Below, in pieces: positions 30,594 to 37,931 of a stretch of 64,000 nt of DNA. Position 1 is the first letter of the stretch. Each line of letters opens with the position of its first letter. The DNA comes from an uncultured Gammaproteobacteria bacterium. Lineage in GTDB: Bacteria > Pseudomonadota > Gammaproteobacteria > Steroidobacterales > Steroidobacteraceae. The translations under genes were made by a program, and so were the position numbers. The stretch is taken from assembly GCA_963795475.1 (NCBI GenBank), contig CAWCIE010000012.1:324710-388709 (forward strand), given 5' to 3'. The notes under the pieces were generated by a model. That model ran no database searches, had not been told where the DNA came from, and was given only the letters and a program-made list of their open reading frames with translations.

Positions 30594-33350
30594 TCAGCCG
30601 GTCGCCTGCAGGCCCGACGCAATGCCGCTGATGGTCGCGCGCAGCGCGCCGAACATCGCCGGATCCCTGCGATCGGTCGCCCGCCAGCGCTTCAACAGAT
30701 CCACCTGCATCAGATGCATGGGATCGATGTAGGGATTGCGCAGCGTGATCGTACGCTGCAAGGTTGGATCGCTCTCGAGCAGCCGCCCCGCGCCCCGGAG
30801 CGCCAAGACGTGTTTCACCGTCAGCACGTATTCCCGGCGGATGGGATCGGCGTACGCGGTGAGGCCCTCCTCCGCCAGCGCGTCGTAGTGCGCGGCAATA
30901 TCCAGGTCGGTTCGCGCCAACATGGATTCCACGTCATCGAGGAGATGCGAAAAAAAAGGCCACTGCGTCAGCATCTCACGCACGACGCTCTCGCCATGCG
31001 CCGCCATCGCCGCCTCGAGGCCGCTGCCGAACCCGAACCACCCAGGGAGCATGTGCCGGCTCTGCGTCCAGGCGAACACCCAGGGTATGGGGCGCAGCGC
31101 CGCGATACCCTCGCCGCGCGCGCGTACGGCGGGCCGCGAGCCGATGTGCATGCGCTCGATTACATCCAGGGGTGTGACGGCCCGGAAATATTCGGCGAAT
31201 CGCGCACCGTCGAATATCAGCCCGCGATAAGCATCGAAACTCTTCGAGGAGACGGTGCGCATCGCCGCCAGGAACTCGGGCGCCGGCGCGGTGCGCGAGG
31301 CCGCGTGCGCCGTCGCGAGCGCCACCGCGGCGAATGTCCGCTCGAGTGTGCGCATCGCGATGGGCCGAAGGCCGTAGCTCTGGTTCACCACCTCGCCCTG
31401 CTCGGTCAGGCGCAGCACGCCGCGGATGGCGCCGATCGGCGCCGCCTCGACCAAACTCTCGGTCCGTCCGCCGCCTCGCGCCGGGGTACCGCCGCGAGCG
31501 TAAAAGATGGTCAGCGCGAGCGCCGTATCGCGGGCGGCCTCCAGCAGCCGATGCTGCGCGACCTGCAGCGCCCACCGGGACGCCGCAAAGCCCGCCTGCT
31601 TGTTGGTGTCGGAATACCCGATCACGACGGTCTGCCGATTGCCGCGCACCGCGAGATGCCGGCGATACGCCGGCTCCCTGTGCAGCCCGCGCAGCAGCTC
31701 GCCGGCGCTCTCCAGCGCCTCGATCGATTCCAGGAGCGGCGCGACATCGAGCCGGCACTCTCCCGTGCGCTTGTCGGTGGTGTCGGCCCAGCGGGCAAGC
31801 AACAGCACGGCGAGCAAGTCGTCGGCTCCCTCGGCGCCCGCGACGATGTAGCTGCCGATGGCGCGTTCGCCGAACTTGTGCCGGGCATGCGCAATGGTGT
31901 CGAACACCCACAGGAGGCGCCGGCCGGCCGCATCGAGCGGCGTCGTCGGCGAGAGATCGCGGGCCAGGAGCTCCCGCAGGCGCACCAGGCGCTCCGCGCG
32001 GGGCAGCGTCGTCCATTCGGGCATCCCGAGGCCCTGGGCGATCACCTCGTGGTGGACGTGCGCCGACTGAGTCACGTCCATGGTAGCGATATGGAACCCG
32101 AAGGTGCGCACGCGCCGGATGAAACGCCGCACCAGGAAGTATCCCGCGTGCCGCCCCCGGTTGGCGGTCAGGCTGTCCGCCGCGAGTTTCACATCGGTGA
32201 GAAGCTCGTCGCTGTTCTGGTAGGCATTCGGGCGCCCCTCGTAGGTCGCCTTGAGGCGCTCGCCGATCTGACCGAAGAAGATCCGATACGGCATCCGGTC
32301 GTGGCGCGCGGGCGCGAGCGCCTGCGATCCGGGCAGGAGCGAGGTATAGGCCTCGATGCGCTCCGCGAGCGCGGCCGAGATCACCACCCGGCGCGCGCTC
32401 TGGCTCAGCGCTTCCGCCAGCTGCCCGCACTCGTTGAAGTACGTGGACACGATCAGCTGTTGATGCCGGTGCAGCGTCTCGCGGATCGTCTTCGCGTGCA
32501 CGTCGGCGTTGCCGTCCATGTCTCCGCCCACCCAGGAGCCGAACCTGAGAATGCTCCGCACGTTCAGCGATTCGACGGCCACGCCGTAAGCGCGAGCGAG
32601 GGCCCCCTCGATCTCCTCGTAGAAGAGCGGCACCACGCGGTAGAGAATCTCGATCAGGTAGAAGAGCACGTGCTCGCGCTCGTCCGCCACGGTGAGGCCC
32701 TCGCGCGGATGCTCCTCGGTCTGCCAGATGCTGGCGATCTCCAGCCGGACGCGCGACCACAGCGTATCGAGCTCGACGCGCATCAACGCCGGGTTGAGAC
32801 GATCGAGGAGCCCCTGGGCGATGTGCTGCTGCTTGCGCAATACGGTGCGCCGCGTCGACTCCGTGGGGTGGGCGGCGAAGACGGGCTCGATGCTCATCGA
32901 GCCGATGAGCGCCAGCGTCTGCTGCAGCGTGTAGCCGTCGCGCTGCAGGCGCGCGATGCATTCGGCGATGCCCCCGGGCTGCTTGAGGCTGGCGTCGCTC
33001 AGGTATTGGCGCCGGCGGCGCACGCGGTGCACTTTCTCGGCGGTATTGACCGCCTGAAACCAGGTGGAGAACGCCCGGGTCAGATCGGTGGCCAGCGCGG
33101 GCTCGCGCCCGGCAGTTCGTCTCTCGAGCTCTTGGCCGGCGGGAGCCGCTTCGCGCCGCGCGATGGCAGCGCGCCGATCCCCTTCCACGAGATCGAAGAA
33201 TGCCTCGCCTCCCTGATCGCGCAGGATCTCGCCGATGAGATCGCCGAGCGCATGCACGTCCTCACGGAGTCCGGCATCTTTGGGCGGGAATTGAATACCT
33301 TCGCGATACATCATCAGGAGGTCCGTCGATCGGCGGGGCGACATGCCCAC
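30594..33350 (-). CDS. ppc: Phosphoenolpyruvate carboxylase
   Basis: 918 aa. Signatures include ...VFAAHPTESTRRT..., ...FGSWVGGDMDGN..., ...VVIGYSDTNKQAGF... and ...LRNPYIDPMHLMQV...GLQATG at the C-terminus. The start is GTG 33350 or the internal ATG-ATG (MMYREG...). Confidence 0.95.
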   Translation of the reverse strand: MGMSPRRSTDLLMMYREGIQFPPKDAGLREDVHALGDLIGEILRDQGGEAFFDLVEGDRRAAIARREAAPAGQELERRTAGREPALATDLTRAFSTWFQAVNTAEKVHRVRRRRQYLSDASLKQPGGIAECIARLQRDGYTLQQTLALIGSMSIEPVFAAHPTESTRRTVLRKQQHIAQGLLDRLNPALMRVELDTLWSRVRLEIASIWQTEEHPREGLTVADEREHVLFYLIEILYRVVPLFYEEIEGALARAYGVAVESLNVRSILRFGSWVGGDMDGNADVHAKTIRETLHRHQQLIVSTYFNECGQLAEALSQSARRVVISAALAERIEAYTSLLPGSQALAPARHDRMPYRIFFGQIGERLKATYEGRPNAYQNSDELLTDVKLAADSLTANRGRHAGYFLVRRFIRRVRTFGFHIATMDVTQSAHVHHEVIAQGLGMPEWTTLPRAERLVRLRELLARDLSPTTPLDAAGRRLLWVFDTIAHARHKFGERAIGSYIVAGAEGADDLLAVLLLARWADTTDKRTGECRLDVAPLLESIEALESAGELLRGLHREPAYRRHLAVRGNRQTVVIGYSDTNKQAGFAASRWALQVAQHRLLEAARDTALALTIFYARGGTPARGGGRTESLVEAAPIGAIRGVLRLTEQGEVVNQSYGLRPIAMRTLERTFAAVALATAHAASRTAPAPEFLAAMRTVSSKSFDAYRGLIFDGARFAEYFRAVTPLDVIERMHIGSRPAVRARGEGIAALRPIPWVFAWTQSRHMLPGWFGFGSGLEAAMAAHGESVVREMLTQWPFFSHLLDDVESMLARTDLDIAAHYDALAEEGLTAYADPIRREYVLTVKHVLALRGAGRLLESDPTLQRTITLRNPYIDPMHLMQVDLLKRWRATDRRDPAMFGALRATISGIASGLQATG

Positions 33351-33365
33351 CGAGAGGCCCCAATT

Positions 33366-33716
33366 CTAATGGGAATTGAGGAGGACCGTGGTATCGAAGC
33401 TTTCGAAGCTGGTCAGCACCCGCCGGTAGGCGTTCTGCATGATGCGCTCGGCGTTCTTGTCGGCACGGTGGCCCAGCAGCATCCGGATCACCACATCGTC
33501 CGCCGGCCGGGCGGTATCCTCGCTCAGCAGCTGGAAACTGAAACGCGACAGCCGTTGCATGATTTCATTGGAGAACTTGAGACGGGCGAGATCCTGTCCG
33601 TCGCCCGCCCCGACCTTGGCTTCTTCCGCCACCTCGCCGATCAAACGAACGATGAACCGGGCCTTGTCGATCAGGCCCAGATCGCTGAAGAACTCGATTT
33701 CAGATTGAATGTTCAT
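33366..33716 (-). CDS. Hypothetical 116-aa soluble protein, translationally coupled to the TonB-like gene
   Basis: The sequence begins MNIQSEIEFFSDLGLIDKARFIVRLIGEVAEE.... It has no signal peptide or TM segment. Its ATG overlaps the TonB-like stop (ATGA at 33713-33716). I recognise no family. Confidence 0.6.
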   Translation of the reverse strand: MNIQSEIEFFSDLGLIDKARFIVRLIGEVAEEAKVGAGDGQDLARLKFSNEIMQRLSRFSFQLLSEDTARPADDVVIRMLLGHRADKNAERIMQNAYRRVLTSFESFDTTVLLNSH

Positions 33717-34651
33717 CCGGCCGGGAAGAAGTCGATGGGTTTGGTCGCGGTCAGGGTCGCCACATCCTTGGCTTCGAATTTGAACAACCGGATGCGGGCC
33801 AGGAGCTTCGATTCGAACTCGGGGTCGTTCAGATCGCTCGATATCACCCGGGCCGCCGTGATGTCCCCGGATGGAGCGATGGTCAACTCGATCACCACCT
33901 TGCCTTGCAGCGCGGGGTTATCGCGGAGCGCCCGCGCATACATCGCATCGATCGCACCCTTGTTACGGGTGAATACGAGCGCGATCTCGTCGGCGCCGCG
34001 CGAGGCCTTGCCGCTGCCGCCCGCGCGCGTGCTGCCCTGGCTGCCGGTGGCGAGCGTGGGATCCTTGACTTGCGCGGTACGGATGCCGTTCAAGGATCCC
34101 CCGCCGGCGGCCAATCCCGAGCTGGTGGGCGCGCTGATGCCGCCGCTGGTGCCGCCCGCCTTGGAGGTGATGAGAGAACGGGTAACCTCGGTCACGTCGC
34201 CGGGATCGGTGGTCTTCGGTTGGTTCTTGGCCAGTTTGTCCAGATTGATGTCTCGTAGCGCGGCCAGATCGTCCATGCTGGCGAGAAGTCCGCTCTTCGA
34301 GGCCTTGACGCGAGCATCCACCGGCGGCGTCACCGGCTTGGGAGTGACCGGTGCCTTCTCGAGCGGCTTCTCCGGTTTCGGGGGAGGCGGCGGAGGCGGA
34401 GGAGGCGGCGGCTCCAGCACCAGCTGCACCACGCGTTCCGGCAGCGACTCGGTATTCACCACGCGCTCGCGCCTCGGCAGGAACGGAATGATCACCGCGA
34501 TGATCGCAAACGCGATGACGAGATTGCGCAGAATGACGCGGAAGCGCCGCTCCATCTCCTCGGAGGGAGACCAAGGCAGGTCATAGCGTCGAAAATACGG
34601 AACGAGCCCCGACGCCGCGGTGCGCTGAGCGGGATTTGCCGCGGCGGCCAT
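33713..34651 (-). CDS. TonB-family energy transducer with an AgmX/PglI-like C-terminal domain
   Basis: It has one N-terminal TM segment (VILRNLVIAFAIIAVIIPFL) and a Pro-rich rod (EPPPPPPPPPPPKPEKPLEKAPVTPKPVTPP). The C-terminus reads ALVFTRNKGAIDAMYARALRDNPALQGKVVIELTIAPSGDITAARVISSDL...FKFEA...IDFFPAG. Confidence 0.8.
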   Translation of the reverse strand: MAAAANPAQRTAASGLVPYFRRYDLPWSPSEEMERRFRVILRNLVIAFAIIAVIIPFLPRRERVVNTESLPERVVQLVLEPPPPPPPPPPPKPEKPLEKAPVTPKPVTPPVDARVKASKSGLLASMDDLAALRDINLDKLAKNQPKTTDPGDVTEVTRSLITSKAGGTSGGISAPTSSGLAAGGGSLNGIRTAQVKDPTLATGSQGSTRAGGSGKASRGADEIALVFTRNKGAIDAMYARALRDNPALQGKVVIELTIAPSGDITAARVISSDLNDPEFESKLLARIRLFKFEAKDVATLTATKPIDFFPAG

Positions 34652-35146
34652 CAGCTTGCGGCCTTTTCACGCTCGACCACCGCGAACGACACCTTGCCGT
34701 ACTCGGCGTCGCTGCAGGTGAGCATGATTCGTTTCAGAACGCTGTAGGGCAGGCTCTTGTCGCCCATGATGGTGACTTCGCGCTTGGAGATGTCCGCCTG
34801 CCGTTCGCCTCTCAGAATCTTATCGTTCTGTGCCAGCAATGCGGTCCTCAAGGGAGCGAAAACCGGCGCCGGGCTCGCGATGACGTTCGGCCACGGATCC
34901 CACGAGCTGGCCGTCCACGAATACCGAGTCTTTGGTCACCATCACCACCACGGCGGCGCTGGGTTTGCGGTCGGAAAGCGATTGCGGAATCTGAATGTTC
35001 TTGGTGTTCGGCAGGATGTCCACGTCCGCGGTATGGGCGAGCAGGAACACGACCAGAATGGTCATCATGTCGATGAACGGGACCAGCGCGAAATGGCTTG
35101 CGCCGTGCCGCCGCTGCCGGTGCCTTCGAATTCGGTAGGGCGTCAT
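34651..35146 (-). pseudogene. exbD: ExbD/TolR-family protein (second copy), reading frame broken once
   Basis: The N-terminal part is track ORF 34820..35146 (MTPYRIRR...ALVPFIDMMTILVVFLL...VFVDGQLVGSVA). After skipping one nucleotide near 34888, it continues as NVIASPAPVFAPLRTALLAQNDKILRGERQADISKREVTIMGDKSLPYSVLKRIMLTCSDAEYGKVSFAVVE (ORF 34651..34851). The conserved TM Asp is retained. Confidence 0.8.
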
Positions 35147-35649
35147 GTCGGCGCGTCCGCGAGGGAGATGTCCGGGAACAACTCAGCCTTGGAGAACGGC
35201 GGCTCGGGAATCTGGTAGACCCGCACCGTGTCCATGACCTGGACCAGGGTATCGTAGGAGACGTTCGGGCTCGGCAAGATGGTGGCGTCGGTCATCTGCG
35301 GAAATTGCGACTTCACCTTGCGCATGAATTCCGAGAGCCCCTCGAGATCGTAGCCGGTCGCCGTGTTCTCCAAGAGCTTGAGCGGCCCGGAATTGCGGTC
35401 GTTCACCAGCAGATCGTTCGGGCGGATGATCACCTCGAGCTTCAATCCCTTCGGCAAATCCGCCGGAGCGCTCGCGTTCGCCGGGAGGTTCAGCTGCAGG
35501 ATGTTGGTCTTGGAAAAGACCGCCGTGAATATCAAGAAGAACACCAGGATCACCATCATGTCGATCATCGGCACGATGTTCAAATCATCGCGGCCGCGGT
35601 GATAGCGGGCGTGATTGCGCCGGACCATGCTGGCGGATTTGGATTTCAT
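35143..35649 (-). CDS. exbD: ExbD/TolR-family protein (first copy)
   Basis: The TM helix with its conserved Asp reads ...DLNIVPMIDMMVILVFFLIF. A periplasmic domain follows. The stop overlaps the next start (ATGA at 35143-35146). Confidence 0.85.
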   Translation of the reverse strand: MKSKSASMVRRNHARYHRGRDDLNIVPMIDMMVILVFFLIFTAVFSKTNILQLNLPANASAPADLPKGLKLEVIIRPNDLLVNDRNSGPLKLLENTATGYDLEGLSEFMRKVKSQFPQMTDATILPSPNVSYDTLVQVMDTVRVYQIPEPPFSKAELFPDISLADAPT

Positions 35650-35686
35650 GGGCTCAGTACCGTTCGTCCGATCACGATGTCGATGT

Positions 35687-36394
35687 TCAGATGCTGCCTC
35701 TGGCGGCGGCGGGCGCGCGGGTCTGCGCCGCCGGCGCGGCCGGAGTCTGGGGAACGCCGTCGTGCTGGCGCTCGGTAATCGAATTCAGGAATTTCACCGA
35801 CGCGATTTCCAGGCTGTCGATCAGGTTGGTGGTCTTCGACTCGAGGAACATGTGCGAGAGCAGCAGGGTGATGGCGACGCCCAGACCCGAGGCGGTGTTG
35901 TTCATCGCAACCGAGATCGCGGCCGCCAGCAAGCTGGCTTTTTCCGCCGGATTCGCCGTCGCCACGGCGCTGAACGCGCCGATCAGGCCGGTGATGGTGC
36001 CGAGCAAGCCGATCAACAGGCCGACGTTGGCGAGAGACGCGAGGAAGTGGGTGCGCTTCTCGATGCGCGGAATGACCTCGAGCAGGCTCTCGTCCATCGC
36101 CTTCTCGATGTCGTCCCGGCGGCGCGCGCTCGCCACCCGGGCCACTCCGTAATTCAGAATCGTGGCAATCGACGCCTTCGAGTTCTGCGTGAGCGACACC
36201 ACTTGTTTGAAATTACCGGCGCTCAACGCGGGAACGAGATTGTCCCACAGCGTTCGATTGCGGATGGTTTCGCGGGTTAGGTAGACGAATCGCTCGATGG
36301 CGATCGACACGCCCACCACGAATATCAAGGCCAACGGGTACAGAAACAACCCGCCGTCCTTGAAGAAGTTGACGACCGAACTCATGAAATTCAT
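35687..36394 (-). CDS. exbB: MotA/TolQ/ExbB-family proton channel
   Basis: 235 aa with three TM segments. The region ...LANVGLLIGLLGTITGLIGAF...AISVAMNNTASGLGVAI is typical of ExbB/TolQ. Confidence 0.85.
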   Translation of the reverse strand: MNFMSSVVNFFKDGGLFLYPLALIFVVGVSIAIERFVYLTRETIRNRTLWDNLVPALSAGNFKQVVSLTQNSKASIATILNYGVARVASARRRDDIEKAMDESLLEVIPRIEKRTHFLASLANVGLLIGLLGTITGLIGAFSAVATANPAEKASLLAAAISVAMNNTASGLGVAITLLLSHMFLESKTTNLIDSLEIASVKFLNSITERQHDGVPQTPAAPAAQTRAPAAARGSI

Positions 36395-36480
36395 TCTGCG
36401 CTCCTAAAAATCCGACCCGCTAACCTTAAGAGATTCAACCAGATTCCGTAAAATCGGCTATGACTTACTTCTCACCCTCA

Positions 36481-37152
36481 TCACCGTGGGGGGGTCTGGG
36501 GGCCCGCCGGGCCCTTTGCCGCCGCACCATTTTGTGACGCGTCCGCCCGGACGGCCTGGTAATACATCACTTCACGCTTGAATTCGTCCCGGTCGACCGG
36601 CGCCAGGGCCTCATCCAGGAGGCTGTTCATGGGCTTCCCCGACAGATCGCCGATGTCCGACCTCTTCCAGGGAACGATATACATCACCTTGGGCTGTTCC
36701 CGGTCTCCGGTCACGGTAGCCGTCTGTAGCTCCAATCTGTCGACCGCGGCGGATTTCCCGCTTCCCTCGAGCCTGCCCGCACCGTCCGCCTTGCGGGCCG
36801 GCTCGGCCTTGCCGGCGCCCTCGGCCTTGCCGGCGCCCTCGGCCTTGCCGGCGCCCTCGGCCTTGCCGGCGCCCTTTGCCGACTGTGCACGGCGTCCCGT
36901 TCGGGCGGTCTCCTCCTGGGAATCGGCCGCGACGGCCTCCGGGCTGCCGGCGGAGGGAGCATCGGGCGATGTCGCGGCCCGCGGCTCGCCTGCCTCGGAT
37001 TGTGCACTCGAATGTGACGCTGATGTGTCAGGCGCCCCGGCGGGGGCCGGGGGCTGCGTCTGTCCCTCGGACCAGCGCGGTCCGGCAAATCCGGCGATGC
37101 CTATACAAGCCAATGCCGTGAAGCGGATCATCCTCCGGGACGCCATGTTCAT
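36481..37152 (-). CDS. Secreted low-complexity protein with a (GAGKAE)x4 repeat and a short ordered C-terminal domain
   Basis: The signal peptide is MNMASRRMIRFTALACIGIAGFAG. A disordered Ala/Pro/Ser/Glu-rich region follows. The C-terminus reads LELQTATVTGDREQPKVMYIVPWKRSD...DRDEFKREVMYYQAV. The ATG overlaps the upstream stop (ATGA at 37149-37152). Confidence 0.65.
   Translation of the reverse strand: MNMASRRMIRFTALACIGIAGFAGPRWSEGQTQPPAPAGAPDTSASHSSAQSEAGEPRAATSPDAPSAGSPEAVAADSQEETARTGRRAQSAKGAGKAEGAGKAEGAGKAEGAGKAEPARKADGAGRLEGSGKSAAVDRLELQTATVTGDREQPKVMYIVPWKRSDIGDLSGKPMNSLLDEALAPVDRDEFKREVMYYQAVRADASQNGAAAKGPAGPQTPPR
36802..36873. repeat. Perfect 18-bp x 4 tandem repeat (CTCGGCCTTGCCGGCGCC)
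   Basis: Four identical in-frame units at 36802-36819, 36820-36837, 36838-36855 and 36856-36873. They encode GAGKAE x4 on the minus strand. Confidence 0.9.
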
Positions 37153-37931
37153 GCGGGCTCCTTCTTCGCAGCAGGCGCCGGGGCGCCGACGCGCTTGCGT
37201 AGTTCTATCACCCAGCCGGCGACTTGTTTGTTGTCGCCCGCCAGCGTGAGGTAATGCTCGAATTGCTCGAGCGCCTTTTTCGGCTCGCCGAGGTACAAGT
37301 CGTACAGGACGCCCAGGTTGAAATACGCGGGAGCATAGCCGGGCTCGAGCGCAATGGTACGCTGGTAAGCCGCCTCGGCTTCCGGAAATTTTCCGAGCTT
37401 GCGCTCTACGATGCCGAGCTCATCGTTGGCGACGGCGTCGTCCGGATTTCGCTTCAGCGCCGCGTTGAAGGCTGCCTCCGCGTCCCCGAAGCGCGATGCC
37501 CGCAAATACAGAAGACCCAGGTTTACCTCGGGTCCCGCGTAGTCCGGGTAGGCGAGCGCGAGCTGCTTGAGCTCCAGCTCAGCGTCGGTGTTGCGGCCCG
37601 CCTTCATCAGATTCAACGCCTGCGCATATTGCTGCGCTGCGCGTTCGGGCACCGGCGCGGCAGGCACCGCGGGCTTCGCCCCGGGTGCCGTGGGCACCCC
37701 CGCGGCGCCCGGCGAGCCTGGCGTCCCGGACGTTCCACCCTTGGCGGACCCTGCGGCCGCAGGGGCGCTCGCGCCGGCGGGTCCGGATGCCGCAGCGGGC
37801 GCAGCTGCCGCGGGGGGCGCAGCGGGCGCGGGCCGCGGCGGCGCGCTGTGGCAGCCGGCGATCAACGCCAGCGCCGCGGACGCGCTAACGAATCGAATCG
37901 ACTTGCTGCTCACTGATTTCCACCTTGGCAT
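37149..37931 (-). CDS. TPR lipoprotein with an Ala/Pro-rich linker
   Basis: The lipobox is SAALALIAGC. The linker reads PPRPAPAAPPAAAAPAAASG.... TPR units follow (...AQALNLMKAGRNTDAELELKQLALAYPDYAGPEVNLGLLYL...). The start is ATG 37931 or GTG 37913, and both overlap the 3' end of the upstream gene. Confidence 0.75.
   Translation of the reverse strand: MPRWKSVSSKSIRFVSASAALALIAGCHSAPPRPAPAAPPAAAAPAAASGPAGASAPAAAGSAKGGTSGTPGSPGAAGVPTAPGAKPAVPAAPVPERAAQQYAQALNLMKAGRNTDAELELKQLALAYPDYAGPEVNLGLLYLRASRFGDAEAAFNAALKRNPDDAVANDELGIVERKLGKFPEAEAAYQRTIALEPGYAPAYFNLGVLYDLYLGEPKKALEQFEHYLTLAGDNKQVAGWVIELRKRVGAPAPAAKKEPA

Noticed and set aside
30714-34586. 1290-aa ORF on the plus strand, the longest ORF in the window
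   Set aside because: It lies antisense to ppc, the small ORF and the TonB-like gene. Its translation is Arg/Gly/Ala-rich nonsense with no recognisable motif. It is a typical shadow ORF of GC-rich coding DNA.
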